A DNA stretch of 62,890 nucleotides, counting the filler, from Vannella sp. (taxonomy: Eukaryota), in assembly GCA_023345925.1 (NCBI GenBank). It is 8 parts of 8 records of this genome, joined end to end, with 100 filler letters (N's around TTAATTAATTAA, not from the genome) between each part and the next. Parts side by side here need not be neighbours in the genome. Positions count along the whole stretch, not along the records: positions 1 to 7,834 come from JAJQQN010000061.1; positions 7,935 to 17,701 come from JAJQQN010001014.1; 6 more parts are not named here. One strand, 5' to 3'. How positions within the stretch are numbered: the stretch's first letter is position 1; each line of letters starts with the position of its first letter. Made by a program: the position numbers and the translations under genes. Below the pieces are notes generated by a model. The model was not told the DNA's origin, did not search any database, and saw nothing but the letters and a program-made list of their open reading frames with translations. This document shows, piece after piece, positions 1-11,636 of the stretch.

Positions 1-46
1 CCGCCCACGCCAGCGCCACCAACACCAACAGCACGACCCCGCGCAT
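1..46 (-). CDS. N-terminus (signal peptide) of a secreted or membrane protein running off the window
   Basis: Minus strand from ATG at 46 reads MRGVVLLVLVALAWA, a typical signal peptide; divergent from the Roco gene. Confidence 0.5.
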   Translation of the reverse strand, partial: MRGVVLLVLVALAWA

Positions 47-140
47 CTGCCCAACACCAAATGAACTCCTTCTCATGCTCTGACGAGTCCTTGGAAGCGG
101 AAAACGGCGCCGTAAAGGCATTTTTGGAGAGCGTCGTTTG

Positions 141-3100
141 ATGGACCTTTGGTCTCTTGCTGAGCTCGGGGATGGCTTGATTGATGAGTCTGTGTTGGCT
201 ACTACGGCTTTGTTGCTACAGGGACATGAGGTGGAGTGTAAGCTGATGTCAGAGACAGCTCCTATCAGGCGAAGTGGTCTTCTTGGCGGACAAAGTCTCC
301 CCCGCGCTTCCTCCTTTGGTGTGAGCCATCTTAAAAGTGGTGTAGATGTTCGACTACTTGAGCACGACGCCTATTTGGAGCGCTGCTCTTCAGACAAGAC
401 TATTGGAGACATCCTTTGTACTTGCAGCAAGTGCGACAAAGAAAGCGCTATCGCTGCCGTTAGGACAAGAGCGAAGCTATCATTAGTTGATACACCACAT
501 CCAACTACACATCAGACAGCCCTTTATATCGCTGCCCTGCACGGCAACCAGGACTTTATCGCCCACCTCCTCCAACAAGGAGGCAACGTCAACGCTCTGA
601 ACACTGTCAGCCTCTCCCTCGCACAGATGAATCACCTTTGTTCTAACTTCTCGCTAGGATGGTCAAAACGCCCTGCACGGCGCTGTCAAACGGTCTCCTC
701 CAAGCGAGAGTTTAGTCCAAAGTCTGATAGAGAGCAATTGCAACCCTAATCAGGCCTCTTTTGATGATGTAAGAAGAAATGATGAGAATGAGTGTACTGG
801 GAGAGTGTTGATGCCATTTAGGACCACATAACACCGCTCATTCTGGCATCGGGTTGTTGTGAGTGTCCGGAAATAATCCGCGTTCTTCTCCGAGTGGGAG
901 AATTCATGTCAGTTGAGAGAAGCCAAAGAGCCCTCAATGCTATGAAACAGGCTGTCGAGAAAAGGCATTTTGCTAATCTGGAAGTATTCTTGCAGCTCCT
1001 CCCTTCCTCCTTATTGGCCGGTGATGTCTGCTCCTCATACCCTTTCACTAACATTCCTTCGCTTTGTGTTGTATTGGAGTACCAAAGCGGCCTGGTTTCA
1101 CGCCAGTCCCTGGACAAAGCGTTTCAAACACACTCCACATTTACTTCGAAGAGGAACTTCTTGGACGGGGTCTTTCGGACAGCCTGTTCTTCAGAGCTTC
1201 TCATTGTTATTGACTTTCTACGAGACAAAAAGTTTGACTGGGCGGCTCCCCTTGGGAGTTTCTGCCTAGATTGCACGTTTCATGAAGATAGCAAATTGAA
1301 TTCAGTGGCCTATTCTGCTATGGGAACCCCTTTAGAAGTGGCTCTCTCAGCATGCGAAGATCGAAAGAAGAGAGATGATTATCCTAATTTCTGCATCATC
1401 AAAGAACTCTTACGTTTGCGCGTTCCAACCCATTCAGTCACTTGTCGTCTGATCAATTTACTGCCCAAACCGATTCTACTTGAGTTCATTGAGGCTACCC
1501 GAAGTGATAATGGTGTTCTGGACCTTGAAAGAGCTTGTATTCGCTTTCTTCCAGGGGATTTTGTTGCAGCTCTCTTCGAATATAATATCACCAACAAAAA
1601 GAAGATCACCCTCATCAATCTGCAAGGAAACAAACTGCAAGCTATTCCCTCAGAAATGACTCGCATTCCATCGCTGAAAGACATCAATCTGAAGGACAAT
1701 CCAGTGGTTGAACTTCACTCCCAACGGGGATGGAAAGAGATCTCCTCCATCCTGAGAGAATCAGAAGAGAGGCAACGCAAGTGGAACCATAGTACTATTA
1801 TGCTTATTGGCAATCTGAAAGGAGTCCGTTCCCTGTGGAAAGGTCTTCCTCAGGAAAAAACACATCGACAGCGCTTTCGTAGTACTCTCACAAAGCCCTC
1901 AGACGAGGAACGATTTGAGATCCTTCGTGGAATGCAAATTCACAAAAGTAATCCAACTTCCTACGATATCTGGAGACTGCAAGGAGCCCATTCTGGTTTC
2001 TTTCCATCTAGCTCTTTATTCATTACGCCTCATTCAATCTTTTTGCTTGCTGTGTCTATGGCAGATTTGATTGGTGCTGGCGCGTCTGTTGAGCTACAGA
2101 ATATCAATTCTTGGCTCCAAAAGATCAATCAGCTTACGAAAAACGTCAAACAAATACCGACTATCATTGTTCTCTTCGAGGATGATCGCGAGACTGGCTC
2201 CAACTCATTTGATATGGCTCAATCTCTTCTCCAACGCTTTGCCAAGTATAAGAATATGCAAGAAACTTTAGTCATAACCTCAAAAAGTGATGGAATGGAA
2301 GATTTGAAGAGAGCAATTCAAACAGCCACAAGGAGGGCAACGCCGGAAGCAAAGGAGGTTGCATGGGTCCAGCTCTATGACATTTTGCACTTACATGCAA
2401 AGAAGCCGTGGAAGGGTTTACGAAGGTCTAGCAGTCAAGTTGAAGTTGGAGCCCAAAGTTCCCAATCCTCTTCTAAGAACGGAAATCTCATCAATTTGGA
2501 ATGGAAAGATTATCTTGCTCTTGCAGAGGCTTGTATGGTAAGGGAGCCCTTTGAGGCTCTACACTTTCTGAGCTTGACTGGAACTGTCATTGTTTGCTTC
2601 GAGCTTGAAGAGCCATTCATTATTCTTGATATTGCTTGGCTAGATGCGACTGTCCATAGTCTAGCAGCATGTGAAGGTAGTTTGTCCATTCCAAAGCTGC
2701 AAGAATACTTTCCTGATAGCAGCATCACTCTTTGCCAGAGATTTATTGGACTTCTCCGCAGCAGATCTCTCTGCGTGAAAGCTAACTTTACCAAGTCCGA
2801 TTCCTCCCTACCTTCAGCCTGTCAACAATATCTTGTCCCTTCCATGCTCCCTGATAATCCTGTTCCTGAGGATCTTTGCCTCCACTGGCCGCAAAAGGAC
2901 TCAACCATTGAAAATGAGTATCATCGAATCTACAAGTTATCATTGGTACCTGAGGACTTCTTTGCTCGGGTATTAGTTGAGTTGTTACATCTCCCTGAGA
3001 TAATCGTTCATCTTCTTTGGAAGAAAGGCCTTATATTGAGCTATACCTTGGTTGGATGCCCGTGCTCTTCATATCCTTGTAAACAATCTGCATCTGTACA

Positions 3101-5499
3101 TTTCAACACAGATGGGGAGTATCTTATCTCTCTTAGTGTCCGCTGCTGTCATGTTTCCCACCGCTTACTGAGAATGGTATCTTCAGCGCTTTTAAACATG
3201 ATTGAAGACTCTAAGCTGGCAGATAGCATCACGCGCTATGTGCCCTGCTCCCACTGTATTCAATCAAACTTTTCAAATATTTACAGGTTCCGTTACGACA
3301 CTTGCATTGACAAGGTAGCCAACAATCGACAATTTGTTTACTGCGCTGGGATTCAATCCACCTCTCGACGTGTTTCTATTCTATCCCTGGCACCTGATGT
3401 CATGTTTGCGTCGATTCCTCGATTCAAACCCTCTGAAGTCACTATGGGAAGGCTCCTGGGAGAAGGAGGCTTCGGAAAGGTATTTCTTGGAGAAATACAG
3501 AAAACCCCTAACGTCAGCATTCGTGTTGCTATCAAAGAGCCTCATCAAGGCACTGAAACATCATTTGTTTATGACCCAATCATGTACGATGAGTTCATGA
3601 AGGAAGTGCAAATCATGTTTGAGGTCAGGCATCCTAATATTGTGGAACTGATTGGAGTCACATTTAAGCCTCTCCGAATGATCCTCGAATTCGTAGAAAG
3701 CGGAGATCTCTTTGAATTGCTCCACAACTCGAGCGATGATTTGTCCTGGCGCCTTCGCTTAATGATTGCCTGGGATGTCGCGAGAGGAATGCGATTCCTC
3801 CAGGAACACTCTCCTCCTATTGTCCATCGCGACCTTCATAGCCACAACATCTTTATATCTTCACTGAGTCTGGAGCAACATCAGCAAAGAGCGAAGATTG
3901 CTGACTTTGGCTTGGCCAGGGGAGTTGTTCGACATGCTTCTTTTGCCTTAAGTGACATTTGGTTGGCTCCTGAAATTCTCAGTGGGGAAATTTATAACTC
4001 GCAATCGGACGTGTACAGCTTTGGCATTTGTTGCTGGGAAATAGCCACTCGCCAGGTACCTTTTCACACTTTTAAGCATGTCAGCTTTCTACCAGATGCT
4101 ATCGTGAGACAGGAACTTCGCCCTTCTCTGGAACTTCTCAAAAATAGTGGAGCACCACCTCAATTCATGGACTTGGTGGTCGATTGTTGGGATTCAGATC
4201 CCAAAAAGAGGCCAAGTTTCCATCAAGTTGTCTGCCGACTTAGCTCAATTCTAGAGGTCAAAGATAATGCCGAAAAAGCAGTGATTCGCGGCTCCTTAGC
4301 CGTTTCTCATTCACGTTCTCATTCTCCGCAAAATTCTACGAGCATGAAAGAAACTGCAGCCCAGCGAGCGGAGCTCAAGTTCTGGAAACGTCTCAGCGAT
4401 TTGGTGAGACAAGACTTAGTCGTCACGTGTGCTACCAAGAGAGCCAATGAGCTGTGGATAGGAACCTCTCGCGGCGACATAATAGTGGTAGATGCATTGA
4501 ATGTAAGTTGTGATAGCTTCTGGGCATTTTTGTTCTAATATTTGGGCAGTGCTCTATTGTTGCCACAAAGAAGGCGCATTCAGCAGGTGTCCTTCAAATT
4601 CTGCACATCAATGGAAGTAAATACGACGTAATAGTATCCTGTACTACCACAGGACACATCAGAGTGTGGCGGAATCAAGAAATGATCAAAGAAACAAAAA
4701 TCGCGAAAGACTGTAAGATCAAGGAGATGGCCCTGACTCCCCTTCCCAACGGGGTTGTTGGAATTGCGGTTATTATCAACGACGCGAAAGGGCGCACATT
4801 TATTATTAACTATGAAGTGATGCATCTAGTAGAGCAATCATCAGACGGATATGACCAATTGCCCGTGATTGGTTACCAAACAGATGAGCGCACGCTACGG
4901 ACCGTTTTTCTTCTCCACCCAGACGGTAACATTTCTCTGGAAGTCTCTTCAGTGATTCTACCACTGGCTCTCTCTAAGATTGACTATTTTTACTTGAACA
5001 ACCAGCTAGCATCTCTCTGCCCATCCATTAAACTGTCTCTGCCCAACGGGGCGCAGTTGTATATTGCTGATGGCTCTGAAATTCACGAATACTTCTTGAC
5101 AAACGGCTCTGAACCAAACTCCACTATGATTCACTCAAACCGTGTGGACTATTACAACAGTCCGATTTGCTCTTTTGCCATTATCGATCTTCCCAAAGCG
5201 CCAATCTATGCAACTCAACTTTGGTCAGGTCACGAGTCCGGATGCATCTCCATCTGGGCCATTTCGGTAAGGCAGGAATTCTCTCTGTAATCACATACTA
5301 AATGAGGGAGCAGACCACTGGCTCAGGAAATGCTTCTTTGAGATTAGATTTTGAAGTGGACCAATCTCTGACGCCCCACAGAACAGAAGTTCTGTTTATC
5401 AGCCAAGTGGGTGAAAGTATATACTCCATCTCAAAAGATGGAGTTATCGCGAGTTGGAGTCTCCAATATCTTGCAAAAGGACCCAAAGTGTCTATCTGA
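141..5499 (+). CDS. Roco/LRRK-family protein kinase (ankyrin-LRR-degenerate Roc-COR-TKL kinase-probable WD40 tail), multi-exon
   Basis: Ankyrin motifs QTALYIAALHG and (spliced) DGQNALHGAV, DHITPLILAS. LRR LINLQGNKLQAIP...LKDNP. Roc-like IMLIG...DIW...SIFLLAVS. COR motifs ALHFLSLTGTV, YLVPSMLP, VPEDFFARVL, YVPCSHC. Kinase GEGGFGKV, VAIK, HRDL, DFG, APE. C-terminal LWIGTSRG and LWSGHESG WD-like repeats. GT-AG introns near 606-658, 769-821, 4503-4549, 4617-4652 and 5267-5312. Confidence 0.85.
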
Positions 5500-5893
5500 T
5501 GTGTCCCCTGACTTACTGTGACACTCCCACCCGAAGACTAACAACCCCACCATTACTGCATCATTCAAGAGAGGCGGTTTCACGTTATCACATAGACTTT
5601 TCATCCAAATACACCTAATCCTCTCGTCCACAATTCGCGGATTGAAAGCAAGACTTAGCTACTCGCCATCATCATGAACCTCTAAATGCTTTGCGTTAAC
5701 GCTGTTGAGGGTTTCTAAACCGATCCACCTCAGTGTCCTTTCAGCAGACTTGTGGAAGGACTCGAACGATATTGGCCTTTTCCCTGTTCTGGGATGGTTT
5801 TATCGTAATTGCTGTGAAAAACGATTGGAAGCAGTCGAGTGAGATTAATCAGAGTGCGAAAGGACCTTTTTAGATCACTTTCTGCTGGTCTCG

Positions 5894-6413
5894 ATGGTGG
5901 GAGTTACAGGAGCGCGTGTTATTACGTTGGTAGTCGCTATTGTGCTTCTCGTGAGTGAATCAAGGGAAGAGAAGCTGTTCAGATTGACTAAGAGGGCTTC
6001 AGATCTTTGCTCTTGGGTCCTTGGGAACGATTATTCAAGAGGTTGATGGCGATAGCATATACAGCCTTGTCGTCTGTATCCTGTCCATCATATGCCTTGG
6101 CTTTGGTATATACGGAGGTATAACTCTCAGAAGAACTCCTCTGTTCGTCGTAAGTTGCATGCCACACGAGAGTAGGCTCCTGACCTCCTTCAGTACACCG
6201 TGTTCTGCGCCGTGCTTGCGGTGCTTTGGTGCATCTCTACAGTTCTGGGAATCATTGATGCTAGTTGGTACGCTGCTTCTATCTCGGGACTCAACTGCCT
6301 CGCCTGGGTACGTTTCCCCCCTTTCACCCTTCTCTCTCGCTCATTAGAACCAGTGTCTTGCGTGCTACATGGCGTACTACCTCTACAGAGTCGCACACAA
6401 CTTCTCTCATTAG
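5894..6413 (+). CDS. Small ~4-TM membrane protein (4 exons)
   Basis: Spliced reading MVGVTGARVITLVVAIVLL|IFALGSLG...GITLRRTPLFV|YTVFCAVLAVLWC...LNCLAW|NQCLACYMAYYLYRVAHNFSH* using GTGAGT, GTAAGT and GTACGT donors. Confidence 0.6.
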
Positions 6414-6478
6414 AGAGAAGAGGCCCAAGCAGCAAATAAACGCCCATTTCGCTCACTCCCGGTCCACTTGGTGGTCGC

Positions 6479-7753
6479 ATGGACGCGGATGAGGTGGAAC
6501 GGGCCATGTCGTACACTTCTCCGCTTAGTGGGAGGCAGGACCGATATGAGCTCCACGAGCTGATTGGAAAGGGGCAAGTGGAAGGCTCCTTTACGTTGCC
6601 GTCACTGACAGAACGTGGTCAGGTCCTTTGGCAAGGTCTACCGGGCTGTTCGAAAGGGAACAAAGCAGAACTACGCGATCAAGGTGTCTACTAAGTGAGT
6701 CTCTGAGACCAGGAAACGCCTGTTCTTATGCCCAGAAGGCGAGGAGCTGCTTCTCTTCGTTTAGAAGGGGAGATTGACCTGCTACGGCACAACCACCCGT
6801 GTATAGTTCGTCAATATGAAAGCTTCCTTGTTGGAGACTCTCTTTGGGTACGATTCGTCCCCTCAAAGAGCTCTATCCTGCTGCTGACCATCACGTAGGT
6901 GGTTTTGGAGTACTGTCCGGGGGGAAGCGCCTTCGACGTGATGGCAGTATGTAAAAGGGTGTTCACAGAACCTCAGATTGCCGCAATACTCGCGGGAGTC
7001 GTCCGAGGACTGGCTCATCTGCACCGGAACCACATTATCCATCGAGACATCAAGGCTGCCAACATTCTGCTGTGTCACAACTCCGTTAAGATCGGGGACT
7101 TTGATGTCAGTGCACAGTTAACGAAGGATAGGCCCCTGCGGAGGTCTTTAAAGGGCTCCTCATACTGGATGTCCCCTGAGATGATCAGCGTGGGCACTGG
7201 CTACACTACCAAGGTTGATATATGGGCATTGGGTATCACAGCTATTGAGTTAGCACAAGGACGACCACCCAACTCGACTGTCCAGCACGAACAAGTGATA
7301 TTCCTCATTCCCAATCAACCCCCTCCTTCTCTAGAGCATCCAGGGCTGTGGAGCGAAAGCTTTTGTGACTTTGTAACCCAATGCCTACGACGAAACCCTG
7401 AAGAGCGCCCCACAGCAGCAGATCTTCTCCTTCACCCTTTCATCAAAGAGGGCGTTTGGGGAACGGGTGTTCTTCACGATCTGGTGAGCGAATGCGTGCC
7501 TCAACTTGAAGACTATCGATACGAATGTGACTTTGAGGTGAGTTCTCTACCTCCAGAGACGTTCCAGCTTGCTCACCATCACACCAGTCCGGGCAGTGGC
7601 TTCGTCCCAGCCCTGCTTTCGGGAACCTCTCCTTTGAAGAGTTGTCCGACCCCTTGTAACAACAATTGTCCATATAATATTGTAGATATTATTAAAGAAA
7701 TATTTCCGAAAGTCCAAAAAGGTCAAAGATCGCGATCTTCAACCTGGAACTGA
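6479..7753 (+). CDS. STE20/MST-family Ser/Thr kinase
   Basis: IGKG|SFGKVY, YAIK, VVLEYCPGGS, HRDIKAANILL, GSSYWMSPE, DIWALGITAIELAQGRPP, VIFLIP..PPP are all STE20/MST hallmarks; DFG reads DFD. Confidence 0.85.
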
Positions 7754-7834
7754 CCAATCAGGTGGATGCAGATCTCGTACCGCGAGAAGCCGCGAGCGTC
7801 TCAATTCAGGTCATTCTCGTCGTTTTTGCTTCTT

Positions 7835-7934
7835 NNNNNNNNNNNNNNNNNNNNNNNNNNNNNNNNNNNNNNNNNNNNTTAATTAATTAANNNNNNNNNN
7901 NNNNNNNNNNNNNNNNNNNNNNNNNNNNNNNNNN
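7835..7934. other. Artificial contig linker
   Basis: 44 N + TTAATTAATTAA (stops in all six frames) + 44 N. Confidence 0.97.
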
Positions 7935-9719
7935 ATGAAACCCACGATCCTGCCTGGCTTGAAGAGATCGAAATCGCTTTCAGGACACGGAGAGACAGCG
8001 GAGCTCTTTCAGAGCTCTTGAATGAGTGGGCAGCACCCGCTGCTCTTCATGTACGGGTTGAACATTCCGGAGAGTGGAAAGACGATCCTTCTCCAAGGAA
8101 ACTGCGAATCTTTTGGCCATCTGGACGTGTCTCGTTGACTTTGTCTAGAGCCTGCAGCCAACGGGAAGGAATCACTTTGTACGGGTCAATGTCTTTCCTA
8201 TGTCCAGAAAACCCTCTCTATTCCATTGTACAATGATGATTCTAAAAACGCTGTTTTCGTGCTCAAGCATTGGATTGCTTTGGATGATGGCCCTGACCAG
8301 TATCCTATTTTCCAACCTACCGATGATCTGCCAAGGAAATCCAACTTCTATAACGGAGAGTTTCGCCCCCTCTTGTTGGTGTTGGTCCGAGAGCAAGACC
8401 TTCCCTGGATGTACTCTGAAGAGGCCAACCGCCATGCCATCTTCCCAGACATTGCTCTTCAAGATCTAACCCGCTTTGTACTTGCCAATGGCACCGAATC
8501 AGACTTTGTGAGAAGCATGATTCGAGAGCAGTTTAAAACCTCCAATGGATTGAGGGCTACTCACTTGATAAGCGCGGACTCACCTTCTTCAGTGAAGTTT
8601 CTCCTGAACGAATTGGGCTCCCTGGTAGACCAAGAGTCCATTCCATTTATCTTACGTCGTTTAGATCATCAACTGTCGTTCAAAGAAGATCTCCCATCCA
8701 CACCTGATTTGAGATCGAGTATTGCCAAGAGCTGGAAGTCTTTTTATGAAAGTCTCACTGCAGAAGATTGGGTGTATACTCTCGAAACGGAAATCCATGC
8801 CTTCACTGAATCCTGTGTCCGGATTCAATTGCAGGCTCTTCAGAAGTGGACTTTGACTCCATTGATTCGCATCAAACTGATTCAGACAGTCTTCAAAGCG
8901 TTTCCTGGACATTCGGAGTTTCTTGGGACCATCTGTGATTCCATCGATTCCATGCAGGTTGAAACAGCAATCAACATCCTTGTCAAGCTAATCTCTTGCA
9001 TGCGAAGGCCAGAGCCAGCCAAAGAGCTCCGAATCTTTCTGGGCTCTCTTTTCAGACTCTTTTGGAAGAAACTGTCCATTCTCAATGATCAACGATTGTT
9101 CAGAACTCATTTTCTCGGACTAATCCTCATGAGCAATGAAATGGAAGAACCAGAACTGGTCTCTGAAGTGACTCGGCGCATGCTCCTCGAAGAGGAAGCT
9201 TCGCACCAATGCCATATTGCCTGTGAGAAGCTTTTAGAGAAGGAGATGATCAGTGCAACGAGCGAATTCTACCTCCACAGGGAGAGGGAAATCCGTGAAT
9301 GGATTCAAACGATTGAAGAGAAAGAGGAATTCAATGGGTCTTACATGAGCCCAAAGATACCTCTCCAGATCAAGGTGGAGCACCGCCAAGCACTGATGCA
9401 GTTCTTGCAGGGGAACCAGGAAACCATCCACCTTACCGTTCTCACTCACCAAGAGGGACTCGAACTGACTAGGATCCTGAATTGGAGACGTCCAAAGTGG
9501 TGTCAGTTCAATCAGCCCAGCGACCATTGCGAAGAAAACGAAGGCTTTTCGGTGGCCTGCAGTATCGGTCCTTGGGAAGGAGGAACAATTGCTGTGGAAG
9601 TCAAAAAGACGGACGACCACTTCCAGCAACAGCGAAAGTTCCTTTCTGCGTTAAGAGAGGAGCTTGCATGGCTTCTCCTTCATCATAACGACAAAAAGAA
9701 ACCACTTTCTTCCAACTAA
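7935..9719 (+). CDS. Hypothetical protein, 5'-truncated by the contig edge, apparent +1 frame change near 8225-8236
   Basis: 497-aa ORF 8226-9719 with helical, protein-like composition; the upstream ORF 8018-8236 lies in the adjacent frame. No family recognised with confidence. Confidence 0.55.
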
Positions 9720-9893
9720 GCAACCCTAACTTGCAGGAATCCATAAAGCATGTGACTCACACTGTTGAGGGGTTTCCGGTGGCGTTTGTCTTGGGGAGAT
9801 CATTCATGATGAGGCTGATATGTAAAGCCAGGATAAGGGTCAACTCGGTGCGGATAGGGAGCTGGTGGAAGAAGTGAAATCATTTCTTCCCGT

Positions 9894-11468
9894 TTATTCA
9901 CAGCGGAGAACCGCAACTTGGCGCAAGCGATCCAAAAGACTTTGAATCTCAACTTCAACTTGCTTTTGGAGGAGTTTGGAGGCTTGCTCACCCAAATGGG
10001 CCAAACTGAAAATGTGCCTTCTCTCCATGGCTTTGGAAAGTTCTTCTTTCGTTCCCAGCCAGATCCGCTCCCAGTGCGACCTGCTTCTTTGAAGTTCTCT
10101 TTCGTACTCCTGGAGGAACAAGTCGTCCAGGGATGCCTGATAACGAGGAGTTTGGTACCTACATGAGTGTCAAAGGATGCTTCTGGGAGAAGAAATCACT
10201 TACCAGACCCGGATAGAGGATACAGTTACTGAGATGAAAGTGCAGAGGAGGAATGTGACCATTTCGCTTCTGGAACGGATATCCAACGTCACCAGAAGAG
10301 ACCAAGCAGAGAATCCGAGGAGAAGATTACAGACTAGGCATGTCCAGAGCCACTCTCTTCTTGCCATTTCCTTTGTCGCTCGCACAATGCGGTTGGCCAT
10401 AATCAGCCGGCTGGAGTAGCGTTGAAGCTCTGTTATCAGGTGGTCCACTCGACTGGCTGGGGAGTCAAGAATCTGCAAAACGGATGAGGTTCCATTGATG
10501 GAGGGAGAACGGGAATCTCACTTTCTTTTGCAAGGCTGGCAATCCATTTTCCAACCCCACAAGAGCAGTTTCATCGTACATTGGGAGATGAATGGTGAAG
10601 ATTGGAGGCATGTCTTTGAAGGGAATGACTTTGGCAAGATTCCAGCAGAGGGAGCCGTAAGTCCTCGCCAAGTCATTGACCGAATGGAGCGAGTCCACCT
10701 TGTTCAAGACAATGGAGATCTTGTGATCGAATTGAGATGCCAGCTGGGAGGAGAATGAGAGGCGAGCGTCTGGAAGGAAGGTTGAAAAGAACTGACCTGT
10801 TGGAAGATAATCATTGCCTCTGCAGAAGTGCCTGGCTGGTCTGGATCAAAGAAGAACAGAACTTGATCGGCGCGCTCCGCAAACCACATCACTGCTTGCT
10901 GGTAATCGTAGTCCCGTGTGCCGCCAAAGCCATCCAACATTCCTGGCGAATCGACCAAGAGAACGTCTTCCAACGACTTCTCCTCCACGTGCTTCACTGC
11001 CACCCGATGGAGAAAGTTCTTTCCACGAATGCTACTGAGCGACTCTGCCAGCAGGTTAGTAAAAGGGCTCCCAATGGAAGACAGGTCCTCACGGAAGGGA
11101 AGATTCTGGTCCAACGCGAGGCCTTCTCCGCTCTGCTCCACGAAGCCTTGGTGGGATGTCTGTGTATTCCCGAACAGGAAAACGGTGAACTTGTCATCTT
11201 GAGGAGCTTTAGAGGCCACTTGGATTGGTCTTCCGATGAGGTGGTTGGCAAAGGATGACTTCCCGCTGGAATGCGCTCCCACCAACAGGATGATAGGCTT
11301 GGCATGGATCTCTGCACTAGAAGAAGGAGGAGAGAGCTTCATCCCGGAGGCGACCCCGTGCAGCCGCGAATTGTAAAGCTCTTCAATGTCCGATTTGATG
11401 CTCTGAAGGCCCTGCTCCTTAGTCTGGGGAGTTGGTACCAGCAGTGTTGGTCGCTGCAGGAGCCACAT
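9894..11468 (-). CDS. EHD/sarcalumenin-like dynamin-superfamily P-loop NTPase with C-terminal TM helices
   Basis: GAHSSGKS (G1), DSPGM (G3), RDYDY...WFAERAD...FFDPDQPG, LNKVD (G4), LARTYGSLCWNLAKV; later exons carry two hydrophobic segments (10200-10478). Confidence 0.8.
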
Positions 11469-11636
11469 TGTAAGGAAGGAGTGATGCTCAGGAGGGTCGG
11501 TCTCCGAAGGTCTATCAGAAGGTGTCCAAGTGTCGAAGTGTCAAGTGTCAAGCAAGTGTCATCCTCCAGGCGAAAAGGGTTTAATGGATAACAGTGAATG
11601 ACAGTAATAGATACAAAGAGGAGAAACGAGTAGAAG

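Noticed and set aside
5894..7753. Fusion of the small TM gene with the STE20 kinase as a receptor kinase
   Set aside because: The spliced TM frame stops at ~6413 and the kinase has its own ATG at 6479.
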